This document shows positions 1 to 9,957 of a stretch of DNA of 64,000 nt, in pieces. The notes beneath the pieces were generated by a model. It worked only from the letters and a program-made list of their open reading frames with translations, was not told where the DNA came from and did no database searches. A program made the translations under genes and the position numbers. This stretch comes from Corynebacterium glucuronolyticum. Its GTDB lineage: Bacteria; Actinomycetota; Actinomycetes; Mycobacteriales; Mycobacteriaceae. The stretch lies in contig JALFAQ010000006.1 of NCBI GenBank assembly GCA_022772305.1, positions 5,478-69,477 on the forward strand. Reading direction: 5' to 3'. Positions within the stretch are counted from its first letter, which is position 1. The number at the start of each line of letters is the position of its first letter.

Positions 1-60
1 AAAACCACGCTGAGGTGGGATTTCAGCCTGGCGAGGATTCTGCACACATCTTCCTTTACC

Positions 61-555
61 TTGGAACCCATGAGCATTCTTGGAACTATTGTCTCGTTTC
101 TCACTTCCGCCTGCGTGGCGACGGGCGCGCCGGTGTGTGGCGATGCCTACGATGCCGCCTCGCACGTCCTTCCCGCTGAGGCCTTCGCGGCGGCGCAGGA
201 GGATGGCTACGCCAACGTCGATGCCGCCATCTTCGGCCCGGGCTTTTTGGCGCAGGTTGGCCCCGATGCACGGGCGCTGTGCCAGGTGACGGCAGAGGGC
301 GCTGCGTGCAAGGCCGACGCTGCTGTGAAGACACCCGTCCACCCCGGCGCGGAGGGTGAGCTGAACGCGCTGGTGTCCGATAGTGTGGGCATCGGTTGGA
401 CGCACCTCGACGCCGCCGCCCGCGGCAACCTGCGGTTAACGGAGGGGAAGCACATACAGGTCGGCGATAACTACTGCAAGGTGGACCCCGACCGGGTCAT
501 CTGTGGCACGGGTGCACACAGCTTTACGCTCACCGCGTCGGAGGCCCGCCAGTAG
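61..555 (+). CDS. hypothetical secreted/lipoprotein-like protein (164 aa)
   Basis: ORF with hydrophobic N-terminus (ILGTIVSFLTSAC) and six Cys; no family recognised. Confidence 0.35.
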   Translation: MEPMSILGTIVSFLTSACVATGAPVCGDAYDAASHVLPAEAFAAAQEDGYANVDAAIFGPGFLAQVGPDARALCQVTAEGAACKADAAVKTPVHPGAEGELNALVSDSVGIGWTHLDAAARGNLRLTEGKHIQVGDNYCKVDPDRVICGTGAHSFTLTASEARQ

Positions 556-1248
556 CTAGTCCGCTTTGAGGACGGGGGTGCCAATACCCTCAGAAGGCTG
601 GACGACGACGAATCCGGGGCCGGAGAACCGCATCTGGAAGGCTTCGCCGGAGCCACGCCCGATGAGGGTGTTGATGTTGATGTCGGTGGTGATCTCCGGG
701 GCGAGGTTCGACGACCAACACACGGCGGCCTGCGGGTCGACGAAGGTCTCCTGCTGCGAGCAGTCGAGAACGAGCGGGGTGCCCTTGGAGCACAGGGCGA
801 CCATGCCACGGCCGGTGAGGTTGACGTTGAAGAGTCCCGAGCCACTGAGGAGGGAGCCTGCGCCACGGAGGCGGTGGATGTCGTCGTTAAGCGTGGGGTC
901 GTAGGCGAGGAGGGAGCTGGAGTTAACGGATAGACCGTCGTTGTCGCCTTCTAGCTCCATAAGGAAGATGTTGGCGGCGTCCCGGGCAAAGAACACCTCC
1001 CCGTTGCCGCTCGCCCGCATCATTGGGGTGTCCTCCCCGGACAGGTGCTTTTTGAAGAACTTGCCGAGGGATCCCGAGGACTGGTGGTCGAACTTCACGC
1101 GCCCCTGGTAGGCAACCATGGCACCGGCGGTGGCAACCACCGGGGCGTTGTCGGCGACGACAACGCGGAGCATCTTCGCAGATTGCAGGCTCCAACGCTC
1201 CCGGGTTTCGTTTTCCATATTGGACTTATCAAAAAGTGGTGACCTCAT
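556..1248 (-). CDS. AIM24 family protein (DUF124/TIGR00266-like)
   Basis: Typical AIM24 pattern (GSGEAFQMRFSGPGFVVVQPSEG, repeated beta-rich segments); start moved to ATG 1248 (MRSPLF) from the longer ORF 556..1302. Confidence 0.65.
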   Translation of the reverse strand: MRSPLFDKSNMENETRERWSLQSAKMLRVVVADNAPVVATAGAMVAYQGRVKFDHQSSGSLGKFFKKHLSGEDTPMMRASGNGEVFFARDAANIFLMELEGDNDGLSVNSSSLLAYDPTLNDDIHRLRGAGSLLSGSGLFNVNLTGRGMVALCSKGTPLVLDCSQQETFVDPQAAVCWSSNLAPEITTDININTLIGRGSGEAFQMRFSGPGFVVVQPSEGIGTPVLKAD

Positions 1249-1448
1249 GCTCCCCACTGTACGGTAAAGGCGATGAGTGGGGTCAGCCCGGTATGTTTGC
1301 ATACAAAGTTATTTTCACCACAAAAACGAGAACGGTGCACAGCTTTCGATGGAATGTAAGTTAGAACTTAACCTATCCTAAAGATATGTCATGGAAGTAC
1401 ACAGAAGCCATTTGCTCGCTGACAATCGTCGGCTGTTGAGCCTTCGGG

Positions 1449-1646
1449 ATGCTCGCGATCATCATCGGTTACGATTGGAGACTCTCCGAAGCCCTATTAT
1501 CCGTCCCCGCGTTTACCATTACCGCTGTTTGTCTTATCATTTTGGTCACCAAGCTCATCATCGATTACGTGGCGGATAGCTCCCCCGTCTTCCAGGACGA
1601 AATCGATGGCACCGTAGACGACGTGGCCGACACAGCCCGCGCCTAG
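1449..1646 (+). CDS. small hypothetical membrane protein (65 aa)
   Basis: Single hydrophobic helix (VPAFTITAVCLIILVTKLII) then acidic tail; followed by a hairpin terminator; no homology recognised. Confidence 0.25.
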   Translation: MLAIIIGYDWRLSEALLSVPAFTITAVCLIILVTKLIIDYVADSSPVFQDEIDGTVDDVADTARA

Positions 1647-1671
1647 CTTCAGCTTCCTCTTACATAGCCGA

Positions 1672-1712
1672 AAAAGTGGTGGCGCGGCCGCCTAACGCGC
1701 GCCACCACTTTT
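1672..1712. terminator. bidirectional rho-independent terminator
   Basis: aaaaGTGGTGGCGCG (1672-1686) pairs with CGCGCCACCACtttt (1698-1712). A-run and T-run flanks serve both convergent genes. Confidence 0.6.
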
Positions 1713-1720
1713 CGGGGTTC

Positions 1721-2539
1721 TTAGCTTTCCTGCAGCACCTGCCGAATGAAAGCGATCAGGTCATCGTAGGCGTGGGTGGTAACCCCTGCTGTCAGGCAGC
1801 TCATGGAACCATGGGTCGTGCCCGGGTACATCTTGAGGGTGACGGGGGTGCCGGCATCGGCGAGCGCGAGGGCGTAGTTCACTCCCTCGTCGCGCAGCGG
1901 ATCCGATTGGTTGACCACCACGTACGTCTGCGGCGCCTGCCCTGCGGGGATGGTTAGTTCTTTTCCGCCTAGCAGGTAGTCCCAGGACAGCCGGCCGTTG
2001 GCCGCAGTCCACACAGGGCCTAACGCATACATCTGCATGCTCTGCGTGGACAGTGTGGGATCGACCTCCGGCTCGATGAGCACCTGCGCTGCCGGCGCGA
2101 TGTCGTTTTTGAGCGCCCACTGGGTGACCATGGCGGCCAGTCCGCCGCCTGCGGAGTGCCCCATGATGATGGGGTGTGGATCCAGCTCCCGCACCACGCG
2201 CTGAAGTGCCTTGCAGCACTGGGTGAGCGGGCCGGGGTACGGATTCTCGGGCGCTAGCTCGTACTCCGGGGACACGACGGTGACGCCGAGCTCGCGAATA
2301 AGCAAAGCGTTTTCGGGGTCGTCGCTGGTTGTTGAACCCAGGACGAAGCCACCGCCGTGGATGTTGAAAATGACCCGGGGGCCGCTGCCCATGATTTTCA
2401 TCTCACCATCATGGGTTCCCTCGCACGTGGCACCGGCCTGGTTGGAGGCGGAAGCGCGACGTGCTCCGGGAAGATCCGCGATATCGAGGGGGATGAGGCC
2501 TTTCAGCCAGGTAGTGATCTCCGGGTCAATGTACATCAT
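1721..2539 (-). CDS. alpha/beta hydrolase fold-3 esterase/lipase (Aes/HSL family)
   Basis: HGGGF oxyanion motif and GHSAGG nucleophile elbow; start ATG directly abuts the nanA stop (TAAATG), so it is the last gene of the sialic-acid operon. Confidence 0.8.
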   Translation of the reverse strand: MMYIDPEITTWLKGLIPLDIADLPGARRASASNQAGATCEGTHDGEMKIMGSGPRVIFNIHGGGFVLGSTTSDDPENALLIRELGVTVVSPEYELAPENPYPGPLTQCCKALQRVVRELDPHPIIMGHSAGGGLAAMVTQWALKNDIAPAAQVLIEPEVDPTLSTQSMQMYALGPVWTAANGRLSWDYLLGGKELTIPAGQAPQTYVVVNQSDPLRDEGVNYALALADAGTPVTLKMYPGTTHGSMSCLTAGVTTHAYDDLIAFIRQVLQES

Positions 2540-3454
2540 TTAGAGGACACCTGCCTCGTCGAGGATTGCCCGGATGGACGCCACCTCATCGTCGACAAGC
2601 TCAGGAACCGGATCCGGCATCTTTGCGGAAGCGAAGATGCCCTGCAGTTTGAGAGCTTGCTTGAAGGCGCCGACACCGGCACCAAAACCGAAAACCGAGT
2701 GGGCGACACCGGTTATACGCATGAGGCGAGCGAGACGATCCTGCTCCTTCTTCACCGACTCCCAGTCCCCAGCCTCGAAGGCCTTCCACTGGCGGACGTA
2801 GCCCCACGGGTCGACGTTGCCGAGACCGGGGACGGAACCGTCAGCGCCAGACAGGTAAGCACCGTCGACGACAACCTCGTGGCCGGTGAACAGCTTGAGC
2901 GGGTGTCCGGCCTCCTCGTTGAGGAGCGAGAGGAAGCGGAAGGAGACATCGTCGCCGGAGGAATCCTTCACACCGGAGAGCACGCCTTCCTTGCCCAGCT
3001 TGATGAGCAGCTCCGGGGGGAGTTTGACGTGGACGCAGACGGGGATGTCGTAGGCGAAGATCGGCAGCTTCGTAGCCTCGTGAAGGAGGCGGAAGTGCTG
3101 CTCCACCTGGGCAAGCCCACCGAGAGCGTAGAACGGGGCCGTGGCGACGATGCCGTCGGCACCGCACGACTCGGCATGCTTGATGTGCTCGATGACGCGG
3201 TTAGTCTGCGTATCGATGCAGCCGACGAGGACGGGGACGCGTCCGGCGGCGGTCTTCACGGCGTTGGTGACAACTTGGTCGCGCTCAGCGTCGGTGACGA
3301 ATGCACCCTCGCCCGAACTGCCCAGGATGAACAGGCCGTTGACACCCGCGTCGATGAGGCGGTTGAGGTTCTTGGTGGTTGATTCCTCGTCGAAGATACC
3401 ATCGTCGTGACGAGCGATAACGACGGGGGGAATAACTCCATGGAAATCAGTCAT
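2540..3454 (-). CDS. nanA: N-acetylneuraminate lyase (DHDPS/NAL family)
   Basis: DapA/NanA-family sequence (GLFILGSSGEGAF, GVKDSSGD with Schiff-base Lys) inside a nan gene cluster. Confidence 0.8.
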   Translation of the reverse strand: MTDFHGVIPPVVIARHDDGIFDEESTTKNLNRLIDAGVNGLFILGSSGEGAFVTDAERDQVVTNAVKTAAGRVPVLVGCIDTQTNRVIEHIKHAESCGADGIVATAPFYALGGLAQVEQHFRLLHEATKLPIFAYDIPVCVHVKLPPELLIKLGKEGVLSGVKDSSGDDVSFRFLSLLNEEAGHPLKLFTGHEVVVDGAYLSGADGSVPGLGNVDPWGYVRQWKAFEAGDWESVKKEQDRLARLMRITGVAHSVFGFGAGVGAFKQALKLQGIFASAKMPDPVPELVDDEVASIRAILDEAGVL

Positions 3455-3464
3455 GGGAGGGCAC

Positions 3465-4283
3465 TTAACTTTCTATATTTGTCATGTCGGGGTGAAGAAG
3501 CGACGGGGCAGCACCCAGGAGGGTGCGGGTATAATCGTCCTTCGGGTTGGAGAAGATCTCAGAGGCGAGACCCTGCTCGATGATGTTGCCGTGATTCATC
3601 ACGATGATCCGGTCCGAGACGTAGCGCACAGTCTGAATATCGTGGGAGATGAATACCATCGACAGCCCCAGCTTGTTCTTGAGGTCGGTGAGGAGGTTCA
3701 AGATCTGGGCACGGACGGACACGTCGAGGGCCGAGGTCGGCTCGTCGGCGATGATCGCGTCCGGGTTGAGCGCGAGCGCACGGGCGATGGCCACACGCTG
3801 ACGCTGACCGCCGGACAGCTGGCCCGGCAGGGCGTCGAGAGCCGAGTGCGGTAGGCCGACGAGGGCGATGAGTTCCTCAACCTCGGCATCACGCTCGGAC
3901 TTCTCCCCCACGTTGTGCACGTTGAGGGGGTCTTTCAGCTGGTCCCGGACCGTCATGCGCGCGTTCAGTGCGGTGGACGGATCCTGGAACACGACGGAGA
4001 CCACGCGTCCCATCTTCTTGCGGTTCGCGGCGGTTCGCTTGGTCACATCCTGGCCACGGAAGTACACCTTGCCACTGGTGGGCTTTTGCAGCCCGCACAT
4101 GACGTTGGCGGTGGTGGACTTGCCACAGCCGGACTCGCCCACGATGCCGATGGTCTCGCCGGGGAGCAGCGACAGGCTTACTCCGTCGACGGCCTTGACG
4201 ATGTTGGGGTGCAGGATCGGGCCGGTGCGGCTGCGGAAGTGGACCTTGATGTCATCGAGTTGGATGATCGGCGTGGTACTCAT
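3465..4283 (-). CDS. siaI: ABC transporter ATP-binding protein (Opp/Dpp-type), sialic acid importer
   Basis: Walker A GESGCGKST, signature LSGGQRQR, Walker B IIADEPTSALD. Symbol by synteny with the C. glutamicum siaEFGI cluster as I recall it. Confidence 0.75.
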   Translation of the reverse strand: MSTTPIIQLDDIKVHFRSRTGPILHPNIVKAVDGVSLSLLPGETIGIVGESGCGKSTTANVMCGLQKPTSGKVYFRGQDVTKRTAANRKKMGRVVSVVFQDPSTALNARMTVRDQLKDPLNVHNVGEKSERDAEVEELIALVGLPHSALDALPGQLSGGQRQRVAIARALALNPDAIIADEPTSALDVSVRAQILNLLTDLKNKLGLSMVFISHDIQTVRYVSDRIIVMNHGNIIEQGLASEIFSNPKDDYTRTLLGAAPSLLHPDMTNIES

Positions 4284-6334
4284 TTGGTCACCTCATGTTT
4301 CTTGCCAAGCTCGGCATAGTCTTCGTCGGTAAGCCCAGGTGTGAGCCTGCCAGCGCGTTCCTCCTCGGCGGCCCAGTGGAGTTCGTCGGGAAGATCCGCG
4401 TAGACGTGATAGGTGCCGGGGACCGTGCGCATGACACGCGGGGTGGTAAGACCCACCGACGGGTGCGAGGAGCGCGGTGCGAAGCGGTCGCCCACGGGGA
4501 AGTCCTGCGGGCTGGGTACGGTGCCAGGCACCTGGTGCAGACGTCCGGAACCGGACTCGATGGACAGCACGGCACCGAGGAGGCCACGGGTGTATTCGTG
4601 CTGCGGGTCGGTGAGCAGCTCGCGGGTGGAGGCCTGCTCGATGACCTGGCCGGCGTACATCACGGTGATGGAGTAGGCGACCTCGGCAACAAGTGCCAGG
4701 TCGTGGGACACGAACACCATGGCGAACCCGAGCTTTTCCTGCAGGTTCTTGATGAGCTCGATGACCTGCTTCTGGACGGTCACGTCGAGGGCCGTCGTCG
4801 GCTCGTCAGCGATGATGAGGTTCGGGTCGCGGGTCAGAGCCATAGCGATGAGCACGCGCTGGCGCTGGCCACCGGACAGCTCGTGCGGGTAGCTTTCCAA
4901 CGTGCGCTTGGGGTCGAGGCCCACGAGCTGGAGGAGTTCCTCGGCGCTGCGGGTTCCGCCACGCTTGGTGAGCTGTGCCATCTGTGTGCGGATGAGCATC
5001 GACGGGTTGAGGGCTGACAGGGCATCCTGGTAAATCATGGCCATCTCGTGGCCGAGGAGGCCACGGCGCTTTTCGGCATCCATCTTGAGCAGGTCTTCAC
5101 CCTTGTAGAAGACCTCGCCGGTGATCTCTGCCTTCGGGTCCAAAAGACCCATGATGGCAAAGGCAGTGATGGACTTGCCACAGCCGGACTCGCCCACAAG
5201 ACCCATCGTCTCGCCGGCAGAAACAGAGAAGCTGACGTGGTCGACGACGTTGACATCTCCATGGCGCGGGAACTTGATGCACAGGTCCTTGACCTCCAGC
5301 AGCGGGGTGGTCCCTGGTGCAGGCGCGTAGCGGTCGGTGCGTCCCTTTTCCACTTCGGCGAGCCTGTTGAGGCGATCGACGAGGGCGTCATGCTGCGTGG
5401 CGTATGCCTTCACGGGGTTCGTGAGCAGCTGGTCCTCTTCGCGGTGCTCGGCAATGACCGGGCCGGTGGGGGCCGCGACCATGGCGTCGGTGATGCCCTC
5501 GCTCAAAATGTTCAGGCACAGCACGGTGATCATGATGGCGAGGCCTGGGAACAGTGCCTGCCACCATTCACCACGCAGCACGCCCTGCTGGGCGGAACTG
5601 AGAATATTGCCCCATGTCGGGGTGGGCTCTTGGAGGCCCGCGCCAATGAATGTCAGCGATGCCTCGAGGATGATGGCGTCTGCGACGAGCACCGTTGCGA
5701 ACACGAGCACGGGGGCTGCGGTGTTGCGGGCGACGTGCTTGGTCAGAATCCACGGTGCGCGGGCACCAGAGACAACGACGGCGTTGACGTAATCCTCGCC
5801 GTACTCACTCAGCACGTTTGCGCGAACGATGCGGGTCAGCTGCGGGATATACACAAAGCCGATGGAGGCGATGATGACGCCGAGCATCTTTTCGGGGTGC
5901 TCCGGGTTCTTGAACACCACGACGGCCACAGCGGCCAGCGCGATGCCGGGGATGGACATGATGATGTCCATGATACGCATGATAACTTCGGCAACCACCT
6001 TGCCAGATACGGCGGCGATGGAACCGAAGATAGCACCGGCCAGAAGGGCGAGGCCAGTTGCAGCAAGGCCCACAGTCAGTGAGTAGCGACCACCGTAAAG
6101 GAGGCGGCTGAACACGTCGCGGCCGAGGTTATCGGTGCCGAACCAGAATTCTCCTGACGGCGGCTGACCCTTGAGATCAATGGCCATGGGGTCATGCGGA
6201 GCGAGGAGGGGCGCAAAGATGGCGGACAGGGCGATGAGGGCGAGGATGACGAGAGCCACCTTGCTTCCCATACTCATCCGCTTGAAGCCCTGGAACTTGG
6301 CGCCAGGCGCGGTAACTTTCTCTAATTTAGTCAT
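4280..6334 (-). CDS. siaG: fused ABC permease (DppC-type) / ATP-binding protein (DppD-type)
   Basis: N-terminal multi-TM permease followed by GESGCGKS, LSGGQRQR, IIADEPTTALD; start set to ATG 6334 (MTKLEK) just after the upstream stop; 4-nt overlap with the downstream ATPase gene. Confidence 0.75.
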   Translation of the reverse strand: MTKLEKVTAPGAKFQGFKRMSMGSKVALVILALIALSAIFAPLLAPHDPMAIDLKGQPPSGEFWFGTDNLGRDVFSRLLYGGRYSLTVGLAATGLALLAGAIFGSIAAVSGKVVAEVIMRIMDIIMSIPGIALAAVAVVVFKNPEHPEKMLGVIIASIGFVYIPQLTRIVRANVLSEYGEDYVNAVVVSGARAPWILTKHVARNTAAPVLVFATVLVADAIILEASLTFIGAGLQEPTPTWGNILSSAQQGVLRGEWWQALFPGLAIMITVLCLNILSEGITDAMVAAPTGPVIAEHREEDQLLTNPVKAYATQHDALVDRLNRLAEVEKGRTDRYAPAPGTTPLLEVKDLCIKFPRHGDVNVVDHVSFSVSAGETMGLVGESGCGKSITAFAIMGLLDPKAEITGEVFYKGEDLLKMDAEKRRGLLGHEMAMIYQDALSALNPSMLIRTQMAQLTKRGGTRSAEELLQLVGLDPKRTLESYPHELSGGQRQRVLIAMALTRDPNLIIADEPTTALDVTVQKQVIELIKNLQEKLGFAMVFVSHDLALVAEVAYSITVMYAGQVIEQASTRELLTDPQHEYTRGLLGAVLSIESGSGRLHQVPGTVPSPQDFPVGDRFAPRSSHPSVGLTTPRVMRTVPGTYHVYADLPDELHWAAEEERAGRLTPGLTDEDYAELGKKHEVTK

Positions 6335-6338
6335 TTCA

Positions 6339-7286
6339 TTACACCGTCCTGATCCTCGGGTTGATGAGGATGTATAGGAGGTCAACCACGATGTTCACCA
6401 CAATGAACGCGATGGCGACCACAAGGGTTGCTCCCTGCACCACGGTGACCCAGTTCTGCGTGATGCCGTCGATAAGAACACGGCCCATACCCGGAAGGTT
6501 GAAGATAATCTCAATGACCACGGCGCCACCCATGAGGTAGCCGACGCGGAGGCCGAGCACGGTGACCGGGGTAATGAGAGCGTTGCGTAGCACGTTGCGG
6601 CTCACAACGATGTGCTTGGGGATGCCCGCGCCCAAAGCGGTGCGGACGTAATCGTTATCCAACTCCTCCACCATCGACGTACGCACGATACGCGTCATCT
6701 GGCCGATGACAGGTACCGCGAGTGCGAACGACGGCAAGAGCATGCGTTGGAACCAGCCCGCGGGATCATCGCCGAACGCTGGTAGCGCACCAGCCACGGG
6801 CAGCTTTCCCATGAACACGAGGATGAGCAGAATGGCGAGCCAGAAACTCGGGGTGGCCAGGCAGGCGATGGACACGATGCGGATGATCTGATCGGGCCAG
6901 CGATCGCGGTAGAGGGCGGCCAGGACGCCGAGCGGGAACGAGAAGATAATGGCGATGAACAGGCCGATGAAGGTCAGCTGCATCGTAATGGGGAGGGCGG
7001 TGAAGACCTTGGCGGATACAGCGTCTTCGCCGACGCCGTACGTACCGAGGTCACCCTGCAAGAGGCCAGCTACATAGCTGCCGAATTGGACGATCCATGG
7101 ATCATTGAGTCCGTGTGCTTCACGGTAGGCCTCTAGCGCCGCAGGGGTCGCGTTTTCCCCCAGTGCCGAGTATGCCGGGTCAATGGGCGACAAACTCATG
7201 AGCACGAATACGAGGAAGGTAACACCCAAAATCATGAGCGGCAGGGCCACAAGTCGCCTACCAATGAGGCGTATAAGTGTGTTCAC
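6339..7286 (-). CDS. siaF: ABC transporter permease (DppB/OppB-type)
   Basis: 315 aa, six hydrophobic segments, BPD-transporter EAA-like loop (VRTALGAGIPKHIVVSRNVLRNA). Confidence 0.75.
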   Translation of the reverse strand: MNTLIRLIGRRLVALPLMILGVTFLVFVLMSLSPIDPAYSALGENATPAALEAYREAHGLNDPWIVQFGSYVAGLLQGDLGTYGVGEDAVSAKVFTALPITMQLTFIGLFIAIIFSFPLGVLAALYRDRWPDQIIRIVSIACLATPSFWLAILLILVFMGKLPVAGALPAFGDDPAGWFQRMLLPSFALAVPVIGQMTRIVRTSMVEELDNDYVRTALGAGIPKHIVVSRNVLRNALITPVTVLGLRVGYLMGGAVVIEIIFNLPGMGRVLIDGITQNWVTVVQGATLVVAIAFIVVNIVVDLLYILINPRIRTV

Positions 7287-7346
7287 CTGAGTTCTCCTTT
7301 ACACAAGAAACGCCGCCCGTTTTTCATAAGCGGCGCTTCGTGGTTA

Positions 7347-8921
7347 CTACTTGTTGGACACACCCAGAGCCCAGAGGCCCGTGGTGCCGATCGGTGCGAA
7401 ACCGTTCAGCTTGTCTGCGTTGTAACCGGTGATCATGGTGCGGTGGAACAGCGGGTATAGTGGCACCTCGTTAGAGATGAGGTCCATTGCCTCGTTCCAC
7501 TTTTCCTGCTGGGCATCGCCCTCGAGCTGAGTGGACTCGTCCATGAGTGCCTTCAGCTCGGCGAACTTCGTAGGATCGGACTTCTGCCAGAAGGTACGCT
7601 GCTTGGTCCAGACGTTGTCGCCGTACCACCAGTTGATGAGGAGAGCCGGGTCGTTACCGAACACCGACGGATCGCCAGGGGCGAGAGCCAAGTCGAAGGT
7701 CGGGTTCTCTACGTCGAGGTTGTTTGCGTACAGGGAGGCAGATGCCTCGGTCTGGATGGAGGTGGTGATGCCCACAGCCTCCAGGTCGGACTTGATCTGC
7801 GGTGCGAGATGAGAGATCCACGGGTGATCCGTGGTCAGCAGGGTGACGGACAGATCCTTGACGCCAGCCTCCTCGAGAAGGGACTTTGCCTTCTCCGGGT
7901 CGTAGGAGAACTGCGTTGCTGCCTTGTGGTAGTTCGGGTGGCTCTCCGGGAGGAAGCTCGTGGCTGCCTTTGCCTTGCCGCTCATGTTGTTCTGAATGAG
8001 CATGTCCGTGTTGACGGCGTAAAGGAAGGCCTGACGGACCTTCGCGTTATCGAACGGTGCCTTGGAGGTGTTGAAGAGGAGGAACGGCAGGTTGAAGCCG
8101 TCGACCTCGTCAACCTCCATGCCAGCTGCTTCGAGCATCGGGACATTGTCCGCGGGGACAGCTTCCATGATGTCGATGGTGCCGGACTGGGCGGCGGTGG
8201 TGCGGGCGGTGTCGTCCTTGATGACGTCCCAGACCATCTTGTCGGCCTTGGCGGCGTACTTCTCGTCACCGTTGTAGTACTCATTCGGCACTGCGGTGAT
8301 CTTGGAATCCGTGATGGACTCGTACTTCCAGGGGCCGGTACCGATCGGCATGGACGTCATCTCGTCCTTAGTGGACGAGGCGGGCACGATCTTCACCGTT
8401 GCTAGGCGCTTCTCGACGAGGGAGAAGGGGTTCTTCAGCTTGATGCTGACCGTGGTGTCGTCCTTGGCTTCAACGGTGTCGATGAAGTCGAGGAAGGAGG
8501 CGTAGATGTTGCCCTCGGCAGCAGCGCGCTTGAAGGACTCAACAACGTCAGCGGAGGTGACGGGCGTGCCGTCGGAGAACTTCGCCTCATCGCGGAGGGT
8601 GACTTCGTACTCGGTGTCGGAGACCTTCACCGGAGCGTCCTTAGCCAGAGCGTTGCGGGTGCTATAGTCGTTCATGTTGAGCTCGTACAGGCCCTCGACC
8701 ACGTGCCAGTTGGTGCCCATTGCGAGTGCCGAAGAGGTGCTCGACGGGTCGTAGTTGGTGGTCTCGTAGGCGACGCCCAGATTGATTTCCCCGCCGTTGG
8801 CGCTCGTGGCGGTATCGCCGTCAGCAGCCGGGGAGGAAGTTTCAGAGGATCCGCCACAGGCGGTCAGTGTGAGGGCAAGCGAGGCAACAACGGCCACGAC
8901 GCCCTTCTTGAGATTCTTCAT
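7347..8921 (-). CDS. siaE: ABC substrate-binding lipoprotein, family 5 (probable sialic acid binding)
   Basis: Signal peptide with lipobox LTLTAC, 524 aa SBP_bac_5-like protein, first gene of the operon that ends with nanA. Confidence 0.75.
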   Translation of the reverse strand: MKNLKKGVVAVVASLALTLTACGGSSETSSPAADGDTATSANGGEINLGVAYETTNYDPSSTSSALAMGTNWHVVEGLYELNMNDYSTRNALAKDAPVKVSDTEYEVTLRDEAKFSDGTPVTSADVVESFKRAAAEGNIYASFLDFIDTVEAKDDTTVSIKLKNPFSLVEKRLATVKIVPASSTKDEMTSMPIGTGPWKYESITDSKITAVPNEYYNGDEKYAAKADKMVWDVIKDDTARTTAAQSGTIDIMEAVPADNVPMLEAAGMEVDEVDGFNLPFLLFNTSKAPFDNAKVRQAFLYAVNTDMLIQNNMSGKAKAATSFLPESHPNYHKAATQFSYDPEKAKSLLEEAGVKDLSVTLLTTDHPWISHLAPQIKSDLEAVGITTSIQTEASASLYANNLDVENPTFDLALAPGDPSVFGNDPALLINWWYGDNVWTKQRTFWQKSDPTKFAELKALMDESTQLEGDAQQEKWNEAMDLISNEVPLYPLFHRTMITGYNADKLNGFAPIGTTGLWALGVSNK

Positions 8922-8986
8922 AATGACCTCTCTTTTTCAAACCGTCCCTATCGCTAGGAACTGGTTCGTTCGGATGGTTATACCCA

Positions 8987-9005
8987 GGATATGATGTCAG
9001 ACATC
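8987..9005. promoter_or_regulatory. candidate NanR operator (GGATATGATGTCAGACATC, contains inverted repeat GATGTC-A-GACATC)
   Basis: Perfect 6-1-6 inverted repeat in the divergent siaE/nanR intergenic region. The core ATGATGTC recurs reverse-complemented at 11536-11549. Confidence 0.4.
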
Positions 9006-9144
9006 TAAACACAAGAAAATTCGTTGTTTTGGGGGTAGTAAGTTCGTCACACCCGGATATGACGAAGTTCACCTTGTTAACCGACATCAGATAACGTTGT
9101 TGTTTATAGTAGGGTGTAAGTGATATTTGAGACAGGAGAATTCC

Positions 9145-9957
9145 ATGGCCAGAGTAGCCAACAAAAGCAAAGAACAGCCCTCCCTCCGTCCCCTGACCAG
9201 TAGGGCTGATCGGAAGCTCACTCACTCCCCCACTCGTAAACACGGGCGGAGCTACGAAACCATGGCCGCTATCAAGGACTACATTCTGCAGAACAACCTG
9301 CAGCCGGGCGACCCCCTTCCGACCGAAGCCTCCATCTGCGAGGATTTGGGCGTGTCCCGCTCGTCGGTCCGCGAGGCCATCTCGAACCTCACTGCACTGG
9401 ACATCGTGGAGGTCAGACATGGCTACGGCACGTTCGTGGCCAACGCCTCCATGGAGCCCATGGTGGAGCTCCTCGTTTTCCGCGGCTTGTTGAACCCCGG
9501 CTCGGACTACCGCGTGCTCATTGAGATCGTCGAAGTCCGCCAAGCGCTCGATCTTGCGTTTGCCCCCGCTGTTGTACGCGCCTGGAAGGGTAAGCGATCT
9601 GCAGCCCTCCATAAGGTGGTAGAGAAGATGGAGGAAATCGCCGCCCGTGGTGATTCCTTCCCCGAGGAAGACAAGTACTTCCACACCAAGCTGCTCAGCC
9701 CCCTCGATAACCAGCTTTTCCGCCAGTTGACGGAAGCATTCTGGGAGGTCCACACGGCGATCCAGCCCATGCTCGAGGTGGCCACCGCAAAGGATATTCT
9801 CCTCACCGCCTCCGCCCACGGCGATATCCTCGCCGCCGCGGAGGAAGGGAATCTAGAGAAGTATAAAGAAGCCGTCTTTTCGCACTACGCGCCGTTGCTC
9901 CGCAACCTCGATGAGGCACGGAACAAGGCGCGCGGGCTGACGACGATGGAAATCTAG
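9145..9957 (+). CDS. nanR: GntR/FadR-family transcriptional regulator, probable sialic-acid repressor
   Basis: N-terminal GntR wHTH (EASICEDLGVSRSSVREAISNL) and FCD-type C-terminal domain; ATG 9145 has AGGAG 6-7 nt upstream; divergent from the sia operon. Confidence 0.75.
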   Translation: MARVANKSKEQPSLRPLTSRADRKLTHSPTRKHGRSYETMAAIKDYILQNNLQPGDPLPTEASICEDLGVSRSSVREAISNLTALDIVEVRHGYGTFVANASMEPMVELLVFRGLLNPGSDYRVLIEIVEVRQALDLAFAPAVVRAWKGKRSAALHKVVEKMEEIAARGDSFPEEDKYFHTKLLSPLDNQLFRQLTEAFWEVHTAIQPMLEVATAKDILLTASAHGDILAAAEEGNLEKYKEAVFSHYAPLLRNLDEARNKARGLTTMEI

